A stretch of 64,000 nucleotides of DNA from positions 1,376,001 through 1,440,000 of the forward strand of contig CAXXTB010000002.1 of the NCBI GenBank assembly GCA_963676795.2. Direction: 5' to 3'. Below the pieces are notes generated by a model, which had not been told where the DNA came from, made no database searches, and worked only from the letters and a program-made list of their open reading frames with translations. Source of the DNA: Geopsychrobacteraceae bacterium (lineage in GTDB: Bacteria > Desulfobacterota > Desulfuromonadia > Desulfuromonadales > Geopsychrobacteraceae). The translations under genes were made by a program, and so were the position numbers. Positions 18,834 to 27,576 of the stretch are shown here, piece by piece. Numbering within the stretch: the stretch's first letter is position 1; every line of letters starts with the position of its first letter.

Positions 18834-19718
18834 CTACTCGGAAAGAAACCTGAATTCATCCAGGAACAGTTCTATGGCAGGATTGTCATTCTCCTTGTTC
18901 CAGACAAGGCCGATTTCATGGGTCGAATCCTTGCCGTCGATCTGAATAAATTCAAGTTCGTTGTACATGTGATTCCCCCAGCTGCCAGGCAGGATGGTGA
19001 CCCCCATGCCCAGGTCGACCATGACTTCCACGGTGTGGTAATCGCGTGGATGGTCGATGATGTTCGGGGTGATTTTCCTGTTCAGGCATAATTTCATGGC
19101 CATATCAAACATGCCTGGGTTGAACTTGCGGTTCATCAGGATCAGAGGTTCTGTTGACAGAAAATCTTCGACCTTCCGGGTACCTTTCAGCAGTGGATGG
19201 TTTTTGGCACAGACCAGATAAAGAGCATCGCGATACAGAGACTTCCAGGCCAGCCGTTCATGATTGATGGTGATGTGGCGGGCAAAGCCGATATCGAGTT
19301 GGTTGCATTCGACCATACGGGGAATTGAGATTGAGTCATAGGAATTGAAGTGCAATTCGATTGCAGGATTTTTCTGCCTGAAATTTTTGAATGACTCTGA
19401 GAGACGGGCAACAATCGGCACAAAGACATAGCCGACGTTCAAGCGGCCACTGCCACCTGATGAGCATTGCTGGGTCTTGGCGATCGCCTTGCGGGACATC
19501 TCGACGATTTTTAAAGCTTCGTTGAAGAGAATTTCACCGGAGACTGTCAGCGTAACCGATTGTTTGGTGCGCAAAAACAGTTTAACGCCCAGCTCCTTTT
19601 CCAGTTCGGCGATGTTGTGACTTACCGCAGACTGGACGATATGCAGATGATTCGCAGCTTTGGTGAAACTGAGATGCTGAGCGACTGCGATGAAGCAATT
19701 AAGGTGATGAGTATTCAT
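18834..19718 (-). CDS. LysR family transcriptional regulator
   Basis: N-terminal HTH FIAVAQHLSFTKAANHLHIVQSAVSHNIAELEKELGVKLFLR; 294 aa. Confidence 0.95.
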   Translation of the reverse strand: MNTHHLNCFIAVAQHLSFTKAANHLHIVQSAVSHNIAELEKELGVKLFLRTKQSVTLTVSGEILFNEALKIVEMSRKAIAKTQQCSSGGSGRLNVGYVFVPIVARLSESFKNFRQKNPAIELHFNSYDSISIPRMVECNQLDIGFARHITINHERLAWKSLYRDALYLVCAKNHPLLKGTRKVEDFLSTEPLILMNRKFNPGMFDMAMKLCLNRKITPNIIDHPRDYHTVEVMVDLGMGVTILPGSWGNHMYNELEFIQIDGKDSTHEIGLVWNKENDNPAIELFLDEFRFLSE

Positions 19719-19842
19719 GTTCTCTCTGCTGTGGCTAAAGACTGTTTCTCTACAGAACTGCTGAGGATGAATATCGTATTATGCAGGAAATAGAAGGATA
19801 ATCAATGTTTTGCTAGATTTTAGGAGCGGCTGGGGTGCGGAT

Positions 19843-19888
19843 AAAAGAAGACCCCTGAGCAGCGGAGGGGGGAGTCTGTTCAGGGGTC
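19843..19888 (-). terminator. Orphan GC-rich hairpin with U-rich tail on the minus strand
   Basis: GACCCCTGAGCAG / CTGTTCAGGGGTC stem; the minus strand continues TTCTTTTA. No credible ORF ends immediately upstream. Confidence 0.4.
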
Positions 19889-20126
19889 AATACTGAGTGA
19901 TAAACACTCGATATGCCATAAATTTATGTGTTATGAGCGGAATTGTCAAGAATAAATATATGCAGAAAAGTGACTATTTGAAAAATACTATAAATATAAA
20001 AATAATTCGTGCATTTAGCGCCTTTGGCTTAGAAAAAAGTTTTCTATGCTCGAATGCAAGTATGCAATTATATTTACCCGATTCGGCAGCTGAGCTAAAA
20101 ATGAACTGCTATCTTCAATTGTGTAA

Positions 20127-21518
20127 ATGAAGGTCACGATGATATCGAGCAATGGATACTTTCTGCTGACATTTCTCCTGACGCTTGGTGGCATGCTGAT
20201 CCTTGCTTCCGGACGAAAAACGGCAGCGAAGAACAGCGCCGATTTTTCACTGGGCGGACGCAAGGGGGGCTCCTGGCATGTTTTTGGGGCGATAACCGGT
20301 ACCCTGGTCGGCGGGGCCTCGACCGTCGGAACTGTGCAGTTGGCCTTTATTTACGGACTCTCCGCCTGGTGGTTCACTCTGGGGTCTGGCCTGGCCTGTC
20401 TGTTCCTCGGACTGTTCATGGCGATACCTCTGCGTCATAGCCAGGTGACGACGATTCCCGAATATATAGCGATTTATCACGGAAACCAGGCGCGTATCCT
20501 GGCCAGCCTGTTTGCCGCCCTTGGTATGTTTATTCAGATTGTTGCCCAGCTGCTTGCCTGCGGTGCAATCCTGGCGGTTCTGTTTCACCTGCCTCTGGTC
20601 TGGAGCGCGTCTCTCTCGGCCTTGCTGGTCATTCTCTTTACCGTTACCGGGGGGATGAAGGCTGCGGGGCGCATCGGTCTGCTCAAGATGGTGCTGATTT
20701 ACCTGACCATGGTCATTTCCGCACTTATCTGTTATCTCAAATTCGGCGGCTGGTCTGGTCTTTTTCAGTCATTCCCGGCGTTTCCCTGGTTCAACCTGTT
20801 CGGTTACGGGGCGAGTAAAGGAATTTCTGATCTTTTGTCGATGCTGGTTGGTGTCATCTCAACCCAGACCTATCTGCAGGCCGTTTTTTCTGCTTCAGAT
20901 GGCTATACTGCGCGGCGCGGCGCGGTTTACAGCGCAGTTCTGATTCCGCCGCTCGGTTTGCTCGGTGTGCTGGTCGGCCTCTATATGCGTAGCACCCAAC
21001 CAGACCTTGAGAGCGCGCTGGCGTTGCCGACATTTCTCTCTCTCCACCTGCATCCGGCCATAGCCGGAATCGCTTTCGCGACCCTGCTTATTGCCGCGGT
21101 CGGGACCGCCTCCGGCCTGGCCCTTGGCGTATCCACCACTCTCAGGATCGATCTGTTGCGGCATTGGCGGGCGGGGATCAGGCAGTTGTTCTATTTCCGC
21201 GCCCTGACAACATTGGTGGTGGTCGCTGCCTATGTCCTGCTGCTGCTCAATCTCGGTTCGGCGATCATGGACTGGAGCTTTTTATCGATGGGGCTGCGTG
21301 GGGCGACCTTCTGCGTTCCTTTGTTGTTTGCCGTGTTCTGGCCGGCTGCAGGGCTGCGTCGCGCCGGATTCTGGTCGATTCTGCTGGCTCCGTTGATTGT
21401 TGTTTTTGCCGGGCTGGTCGGTTTTGACCGGATTCCGCCGTTGTATCTGGGACTTGGTCTGTCGCTGCTGATTTTCCTCTTCAGCGCACTGTTGCGCAGG
21501 ATGACGAAAGACCGCTGA
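20127..21518 (+). CDS. Sodium:solute symporter (SSS) family protein
   Basis: 463 aa, multi-TM, motifs DFSLGGR, GTLVGGASTVG, TIPEY, TGGM. Start may be ATG 20139. Confidence 0.85.
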   Translation: MKVTMISSNGYFLLTFLLTLGGMLILASGRKTAAKNSADFSLGGRKGGSWHVFGAITGTLVGGASTVGTVQLAFIYGLSAWWFTLGSGLACLFLGLFMAIPLRHSQVTTIPEYIAIYHGNQARILASLFAALGMFIQIVAQLLACGAILAVLFHLPLVWSASLSALLVILFTVTGGMKAAGRIGLLKMVLIYLTMVISALICYLKFGGWSGLFQSFPAFPWFNLFGYGASKGISDLLSMLVGVISTQTYLQAVFSASDGYTARRGAVYSAVLIPPLGLLGVLVGLYMRSTQPDLESALALPTFLSLHLHPAIAGIAFATLLIAAVGTASGLALGVSTTLRIDLLRHWRAGIRQLFYFRALTTLVVVAAYVLLLLNLGSAIMDWSFLSMGLRGATFCVPLLFAVFWPAAGLRRAGFWSILLAPLIVVFAGLVGFDRIPPLYLGLGLSLLIFLFSALLRRMTKDR

Positions 21519-21560
21519 ACGTGCAGCTTGCTTAACAAGGCAACCTTGTTTCATGTTATG

Positions 21561-21729
21561 CTGGGAACCTGTCGGACATTACATGAATCTGCTGCAAAAT
21601 CATCTGATCGGTATATATTTCCGACCCTTTTCGACAAATAGCTACGGCTATTCGCTCTCAAACGGTCGAAAGTCTGTCCTCAACCAGTTGATTTTTCGCG
21701 ACGATTAGCAAAGCCCGACAGGTTCCTAG
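21561..21729. mobile_element. MITE-like element (~170 bp), different sequence family from the one at 10548
   Basis: TIRs CTGGGAACCTGTCGGAC (21561-21577) and GCCCGACAGGTTCCTAG (21713-21729), with a perfect 12-bp core GGAACCTGTCGG. Central hairpin AATAGC-tacg-GCTATT flanked by TTCGAC/GTCGAA. Confidence 0.7.
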
Positions 21730-21752
21730 TGAGTCAAATAAACCGGAGCCGC

Positions 21753-23513
21753 ATGAAACGTCTTATTCTCGCCAATCTTCTGTTTTGCCTTCTGCTTGTC
21801 GGGTTGTCCCTTCCCGCTGCTGCTGAGTCTTTGTCTCTGCATATCTCCGGAGTGGACGATGAGGAATTGAGCAATGTTCTTTATGCCGTTCTCCAGCTTC
21901 CTGAGGGGATCGTTGAGGATGGGCAGCTCAACCAGCTCTGGCTTGAGCGCTATCGCAGACAGCTGGCCGGCAGAGTCAGCAAAACCCTGCAGCCCTATGG
22001 TTATTTTAACTCAGCCGTGCAGGACCAGCTGATCACGGATGATGACGGTAGTCAGCAGTTGTTGCTGACCATCGACCCGGGCCCTCCGCTCAGGGTGACG
22101 AAGCGGAAGATAACCATCGCCGGAGAACAGATCTCCTCTTCGCTTAAAAACCGTATCATTTCAGCATATCCACTCTCTGTCGGGCAGGTTCTCAGGCAGG
22201 ATCTCCATGACGAAGGGAAAGCTCACCTCAAGGAAAGTTTCATTTCAGGGGGCTACCTGGATGCACATTTCAGCCGTAGCCAGATCTTGGTGTCCGTGAC
22301 CGATAAAACCGCAGAGATCTTTCTCGATCTCGTGCCGGGGAGAAAATATGTCTTCGGCGAAACCAGTTTCAGCGGATATGGCGATTATCCCGTCAAATAC
22401 ATGAAGCGTTACCTGGCCTATCAGCCCGGAGAGGATTTCTCCCAGGAGAAACTGTCGCGGACGCATCTGAACTATGTCGATTCCGAACTGTTTGACAGGG
22501 TCGTTGTCGAGCCCCGCCGGGATCAGGCTGTCGACCGACAGGTTCCCATCGATGTCAGTGTCGAACCGGCGCCACGTCACCGGCTGCGTCCCGGGATCGG
22601 CTACGGCACGGATACCGGTGCCAGGGTTTCCCTCGACTACCGTAATCTTAACCTGTTCAGGCTCGGTCATGAGTTGCAGGGGAACCTGTTGCTTGCGGAG
22701 CGCAAACAGGCAGTGACCAATACCTACGTGATTCCTCATCTGAAGCGACTCGATACCCGGACCCTGGTGTCGGCCGGTTGGACGCGTGAGGAAACCGACT
22801 CCTATCTGACCCGCGAGACCTCCGCTGAGGTGGAGTATCAGCGCATGTTGTCTTCCCGGTTTTCAACCTCCTTTTTTCTGCGCTTCAGTCAGGAATATTC
22901 AGAGATTGCCGATCAGGAAACCACTGCCCAGATGCTGCTGCCGGGTGTCCGCCTGACCTGGCGTTATCTGAACGATTCGGTGCTGCCGAGCCGTGGTGCT
23001 CAGCTGAAACTGCAACTGCTCGCCGGTGACAGAGAATTGCTGTCAGATACCTCGCTGGCACAGATTTTGGCAAATGTCTCTGTTCTGCAGCCACTCCCTT
23101 TTGAGTCACAGCTGTTTGTTCGGCTAAAGTCAGGAGCGACCTATTTCGACGATCCGTTCAGCGAGGTTCCGGCCTCCCTGAGATTTTTTGCCGGAGGGGA
23201 TCAGAGCGTCCGTGGCTATGGTTACCAGTCTCTCGGTCCGACCGACAGCGATGGCGAGGTTATCGGCGGCAGGAATATGCTGGTCTACAACCTGGAATTC
23301 GAGAAGAAGGTTACCGATAACTGGGGCCTGGCGTTGTTTTACGACGCAGGCAACGCCTTCAATTCGTTTGAAAATTATGAACTGAAACAGGGGGCAGGAA
23401 TTGGTGTGCGCCGCTACACGAGGATCGGTGCCATTCGTCTAGATCTGGCCCGCCAGATGGCTACAGCGGATGTGAAATATCGTCTGCATTTCAGTGTTGG
23501 GTTTGGCTGGTGA
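21753..23513 (+). CDS. tamA: Translocation and assembly module outer-membrane subunit TamA (Omp85 family)
   Basis: Signal peptide, POTRA-like region, GIGYGTDTG, RFFAGGDQSVRGY lid motif, terminal HFSVGFGW. ATG 21753 has a GGAG RBS; the ORF-track GTG 21729 lies at the MITE end. Confidence 0.88.
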   Translation: MKRLILANLLFCLLLVGLSLPAAAESLSLHISGVDDEELSNVLYAVLQLPEGIVEDGQLNQLWLERYRRQLAGRVSKTLQPYGYFNSAVQDQLITDDDGSQQLLLTIDPGPPLRVTKRKITIAGEQISSSLKNRIISAYPLSVGQVLRQDLHDEGKAHLKESFISGGYLDAHFSRSQILVSVTDKTAEIFLDLVPGRKYVFGETSFSGYGDYPVKYMKRYLAYQPGEDFSQEKLSRTHLNYVDSELFDRVVVEPRRDQAVDRQVPIDVSVEPAPRHRLRPGIGYGTDTGARVSLDYRNLNLFRLGHELQGNLLLAERKQAVTNTYVIPHLKRLDTRTLVSAGWTREETDSYLTRETSAEVEYQRMLSSRFSTSFFLRFSQEYSEIADQETTAQMLLPGVRLTWRYLNDSVLPSRGAQLKLQLLAGDRELLSDTSLAQILANVSVLQPLPFESQLFVRLKSGATYFDDPFSEVPASLRFFAGGDQSVRGYGYQSLGPTDSDGEVIGGRNMLVYNLEFEKKVTDNWGLALFYDAGNAFNSFENYELKQGAGIGVRRYTRIGAIRLDLARQMATADVKYRLHFSVGFGW

Positions 23514-26500
23514 AACGATTTCTCCTCGGCATAGTCATACTTTGCGCGCTGTTTGTGGCAATGGCAGGCGGATTGTCCTATTTTATCCGGTCCGACTCGG
23601 GTAGCGCCTGGATTCTGGATAATCTTGAAGACTGGACAGGGGGCCGGATCAGTATCGAAAGCTCTGCAGGGTCCCTGTTTGACCATCTGGTCATTGGCGG
23701 TCTGAAAATTGAAACAGCGGACATTGTTATCAGGATTGAAAAGCTCGAAGCGAGCTGTCATGACATCCGCCTGTTCCCGTTGCGCATCCGCTATGACAGC
23801 CTGCAGTTAAAAAACGTTCGAGTCCAAACACTGACTGTTGAAAAAAACGAATCCGAAGGGATCACGCTGATCTGGCCACAGTTGCCGAAACTGCTGTCGT
23901 GGGTCGCGATTGCCGTTGACAACCTCGCTCTTGATTCACTGATAGAGGTTAAGAAAGAAAATAAACAAGAACTGTTTAAGTCACTTGAACTGAAAGCTTA
24001 TTTCAATAATGGTCAGCTTGAGGTTGAGGATTTTCTGCTCGTCACCAGCCAGCTGCAGAGCCATGGTGCGGTCTCCGTCGATTTTACCCGGCCGCATCTT
24101 GTTTTCGCTCTGGATGCGAGCTTTTTTCAGCCGACTGCTCCTGCTGTTCGGTTGGCTCTCAACGCTGATCTGGCCGGTGATTCAGGATTGCCGCTGTCCG
24201 GAGCTGTTTCTGTCGTTTTTGATCAGCAACAGGTAGGACAGGTTGATCTCAGTGGCAAACTCAGTGTTGCCGCCTCGGCGCTTTCAGTCGAAGCGCTTCG
24301 CGTTAAACAGCGCAGCAGAGGCGGAGCCTTGATGCTGGATGCTCAGCTTAGCTTAGGCAACAGCGTGACTGTCGCTTCAATGACGGCTCGTCTGGAGCAG
24401 CTCGATCTCAGTTCCGAGACCGGGCAGCCGCTGACCCTTTCCGGACTTATCAGGGCCCAAGGGGACCCCGACGATTATGCCGGATCCTTCAGTCTTTCGA
24501 CAGAGGCGGTACCATTGCTAAGCGCAGATTTGACCGGTTCCTTCCTTGGTGATCAAGGCCGGCTGCAGATCGACGATTTCACAGGAGGCTGGCTTGACGG
24601 AGTGCTGTCAGGGGCGCTCGTCCTGAACTGGCAAAACGGCTTGGATCTGAGTGGATCTATTGCGGGACGCGGAATCGACCCGCAGCTGGTGCATGACGGC
24701 TTGCAGGGGGAGGTGACCTTTGCTCTGGATGGCAAGCTCAGCAAGGTCGCTGCCGATTCCTTGTCAGGCTCAGTCAGCCTGACCCTTCAGGATTCCATCC
24801 TGCAGGAGTTTCCCGTCAAAGGTGCTCTGCAGGCCCACCTGCAGCAGGGGCAACCCGTCATTGATAATCTGGAGTTGAGCGGCAGCGGATTCAACGTTTC
24901 CGCCAGCGGCAACCCTTACGCATCACTTCAGGTGGCTGCGGATATCGGTCACCTCGACAGATTGCTGACAGACGTACGTGGCCGTGTTCAGCTCAACGGC
25001 GAGGTCGCGTTGTTCAGTGGCCCGCTGCGGGGACGTGTTCAGGCTTCTGGACGTGATCTCCGCTATCAGGACTGGAGTCTGGATAACTTCAGCCTGCAGG
25101 GGCAGAGCAGAGACCTGCATGACCGCCTGCAGCTGACCCTTGATGCTGCCGGCCTCTCGAATAAGAACAATAAGCTGGTTGAGTTGGAACGTGTGACGGC
25201 AAATCTGCAAGGCCATCTGACTGATCATCGCCTGCAGTTGACTGCTAAGCGTCAGGCCGATCAGCTGCGCCTGGATCTGGCAGGACAGCTGCATGAGGAT
25301 CGTTCCTGGTCCGGAGAGGTTAACGGACTGCGACTGGTTAGCAGTGAGTTCGGCGACTGGTATCAAAGCGGATCAACCCGGATCAGGGCTTCAGCTGCAG
25401 AGCTGATGCTGGACCGCTTCGCCTTGACTGACAAGCGTGGCTCACAACTCTCTCTTCAGGACGCCTTCTACCAGCCCTCGACAGGTGAGTTCTCCCTGGC
25501 CGGCAACTGGCGTCAATTTAACCTTGCCTATCTGAATAGGCTGCTTCCAGAGCTGACGATCGACGGAAGGTCGGAGGGAGCTTTCAGCGTGGTGAACCGA
25601 GCCGAGAAACATGCCCGACTGACAGCACGGCTGAACGGACAGCTTGGTCCGGATGGCGGGCAGCTCATAAACCTGAGCAAAGCTGATATCGACCTGAACT
25701 GGGACGGGCAGGGGCTGGCTGGTTCCGTCGCTGTTGAAACGGCGGAGCAGGGCTATTTCAATCTGCAGCTCAGTTCTTCGCAGGCGGCGGACTTCTCGGT
25801 ATTGCCCCATGGTACATTGCATCTGAGTTGCCAGGAGGTTCCTGCGAGTGCTGTCCAACCCTGGCTACCAGGACAGATAACCCTTGAAGGTCTCTTCTCC
25901 TGTTCGGGGGATGGCAGCTGGGATGAAGGCGGGCTGAACAGGCTGGCCGGGCGACTGGTGCTCGAACAGGGGTTCCTTGGCTGGAACAGTGCCGAAGGAC
26001 TGCTGAAAACAGCTGTCAAGACCGCCGAGCTTGACTGGCAATTGGAAGAGCGTCTGAAGGCCGGGCTTTCACTTGTTCTCGAAAACTATGGTTCGCTTGA
26101 AGGGCAGTTCAGTCTGCCTCTCGAGCTGGCGGGTGTTCCGGTTTTCACCGAGAAAGGTGAGGTTTCTGCCCGTTTTTCTGCAGATCTCAAGGATAACGGT
26201 CTGCTGGCTTCTCTTGCGCCTGAATACCTTGCTTCAAGCAGGGGGCGGCTGGCTCTGCATGTTGGCCTGTCCGGAACCGTTGACCGGCCACTCTTCACAG
26301 GTGATTATCAGCTCGCCGATGGTCGACTGAGTATCCCTCTTGCCGGCATAACTCTCAAAAATGCGACCCTGGTCGGCTCCTTCGACGAGTCGCAGATCAC
26401 ACTCGATTCCTGGCAGATACAATCGGGAACTGGTCAGCTGAAGATTGACGGTCAGGTGCGACTGGACGGTTGGGACGCGCAGGAGTTTGGGCTGAGGATC

Positions 26501-27427
26501 AGCGGGCAGGATGTCGAGCTTGTCGATCTTCCGGATCTTAAGACAACCATCACCCCGGAACTCAAGGTGGCTGGTGATCTGTCCGGGGTTGCGGTGAGCG
26601 GCGTTGTGGTGATTCCGGAACTGCTTTACCGAGGGCAGAGCGCTGTTTCCGCCGTCAGAAACAGCTCAGACCTGGTTATCGTTGATGATGTCCGGCAGAA
26701 AGATCGAAAAAGCTATCCTGTTGCTGTCGATGTGGGGCTGACGCTGGGTGATGCTGTCCTGGTCAAGGCGAACGGCCTGGATGCGAAGCTCAAGGGGGGT
26801 CTTCAGCTGATCGGCACTTCAACCGATTCGATATCCGGGCGTGGTGAAATCAGCGTCGATAAAGGGCGCTATTCCAGTTACGGTGTCAGTCTGGATATCG
26901 AGCGCGGTAACCTGATCTTTACCGGGGAGAAAATCGACAATCCCGGCCTCGACATCCTGGCGCTGAAGACTGTCGATGACGTCAAGGCGGGGGTGCGCAT
27001 TACCGGGCTGGCAAGGCAGCCGGTAGTGACCCTCTATTCCGAGCCGACCATGTCGAGCAGTGACGTGCTTTCCTATATCGTTCTGGGCCGCAGCATGGAT
27101 CAGCAGGGTGGCGACTTTGATATCCTCACGGCCGCTGCGGGAGCCCTGTTATCTCAAGGGGAGTCGGCGACCCTGCAGGAGCAGCTGAAGGGGAAATTGG
27201 GGCTGGATGTCCTCAATTTCAGCGCCGGAAACGGTGACATCGGTGAGGCGGTCATCACCACGGGTAAATATCTGACGCCGAAACTCTATCTGGGCTTTGG
27301 CTATTCGCTGTTCAAAAAGACCAATGAAACGATTTTGCGTTATTCCTGGACTCCCAGGCTGGAACTTCAGTCGAACATCGGCACCGAGAGTGGTGCCGAT
27401 CTGTTTTACCTCTTCGAAATAGAATAA
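23510..27427 (+). CDS. tamB: Translocation and assembly module subunit TamB (DUF490-type)
   Basis: 1305 aa, N-terminal TM anchor, beta-rich body, C-terminal LSYIVLGR..GKYLTPKLYLGFG..ADLFYLFE; overlaps tamA. Confidence 0.88.
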   Translation: MKRFLLGIVILCALFVAMAGGLSYFIRSDSGSAWILDNLEDWTGGRISIESSAGSLFDHLVIGGLKIETADIVIRIEKLEASCHDIRLFPLRIRYDSLQLKNVRVQTLTVEKNESEGITLIWPQLPKLLSWVAIAVDNLALDSLIEVKKENKQELFKSLELKAYFNNGQLEVEDFLLVTSQLQSHGAVSVDFTRPHLVFALDASFFQPTAPAVRLALNADLAGDSGLPLSGAVSVVFDQQQVGQVDLSGKLSVAASALSVEALRVKQRSRGGALMLDAQLSLGNSVTVASMTARLEQLDLSSETGQPLTLSGLIRAQGDPDDYAGSFSLSTEAVPLLSADLTGSFLGDQGRLQIDDFTGGWLDGVLSGALVLNWQNGLDLSGSIAGRGIDPQLVHDGLQGEVTFALDGKLSKVAADSLSGSVSLTLQDSILQEFPVKGALQAHLQQGQPVIDNLELSGSGFNVSASGNPYASLQVAADIGHLDRLLTDVRGRVQLNGEVALFSGPLRGRVQASGRDLRYQDWSLDNFSLQGQSRDLHDRLQLTLDAAGLSNKNNKLVELERVTANLQGHLTDHRLQLTAKRQADQLRLDLAGQLHEDRSWSGEVNGLRLVSSEFGDWYQSGSTRIRASAAELMLDRFALTDKRGSQLSLQDAFYQPSTGEFSLAGNWRQFNLAYLNRLLPELTIDGRSEGAFSVVNRAEKHARLTARLNGQLGPDGGQLINLSKADIDLNWDGQGLAGSVAVETAEQGYFNLQLSSSQAADFSVLPHGTLHLSCQEVPASAVQPWLPGQITLEGLFSCSGDGSWDEGGLNRLAGRLVLEQGFLGWNSAEGLLKTAVKTAELDWQLEERLKAGLSLVLENYGSLEGQFSLPLELAGVPVFTEKGEVSARFSADLKDNGLLASLAPEYLASSRGRLALHVGLSGTVDRPLFTGDYQLADGRLSIPLAGITLKNATLVGSFDESQITLDSWQIQSGTGQLKIDGQVRLDGWDAQEFGLRISGQDVELVDLPDLKTTITPELKVAGDLSGVAVSGVVVIPELLYRGQSAVSAVRNSSDLVIVDDVRQKDRKSYPVAVDVGLTLGDAVLVKANGLDAKLKGGLQLIGTSTDSISGRGEISVDKGRYSSYGVSLDIERGNLIFTGEKIDNPGLDILALKTVDDVKAGVRITGLARQPVVTLYSEPTMSSSDVLSYIVLGRSMDQQGGDFDILTAAAGALLSQGESATLQEQLKGKLGLDVLNFSAGNGDIGEAVITTGKYLTPKLYLGFGYSLFKKTNETILRYSWTPRLELQSNIGTESGADLFYLFEIE

Positions 27428-27498
27428 TCTGATTATTTCAATACTCATTATCTTGTTGGAACCTACCAGATTGCTTATTAATTTAATTTTTAGGATCC

Positions 27499-27526
27499 TT
27501 GACAATCTTGAGAAGGCTACTATCAT
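27499..27526 (+). promoter_or_regulatory. sigma70-type promoter of the chemoreceptor gene
   Basis: TTGACA-N16-TATCAT, ~50 bp upstream of ATG 27577. Confidence 0.55.
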
Positions 27527-27576
27527 TAGTCTTTGTTAAGCTTGCGCTTGCTTTTGAAAGGATCCTTGGTGAAAAC

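Noticed and set aside
19897..20263. Short AT-rich ORFs of 77 and 82 aa
   Set aside because: Located in an AT-rich divergent promoter region, without RBS or motifs.
27499..27576. ORF-track N-terminal extension of the MCP from TTG 27499
   Set aside because: The TTG is part of a TTGACA -35 box; ATG 27577 gives a normal N-terminus before TM1.
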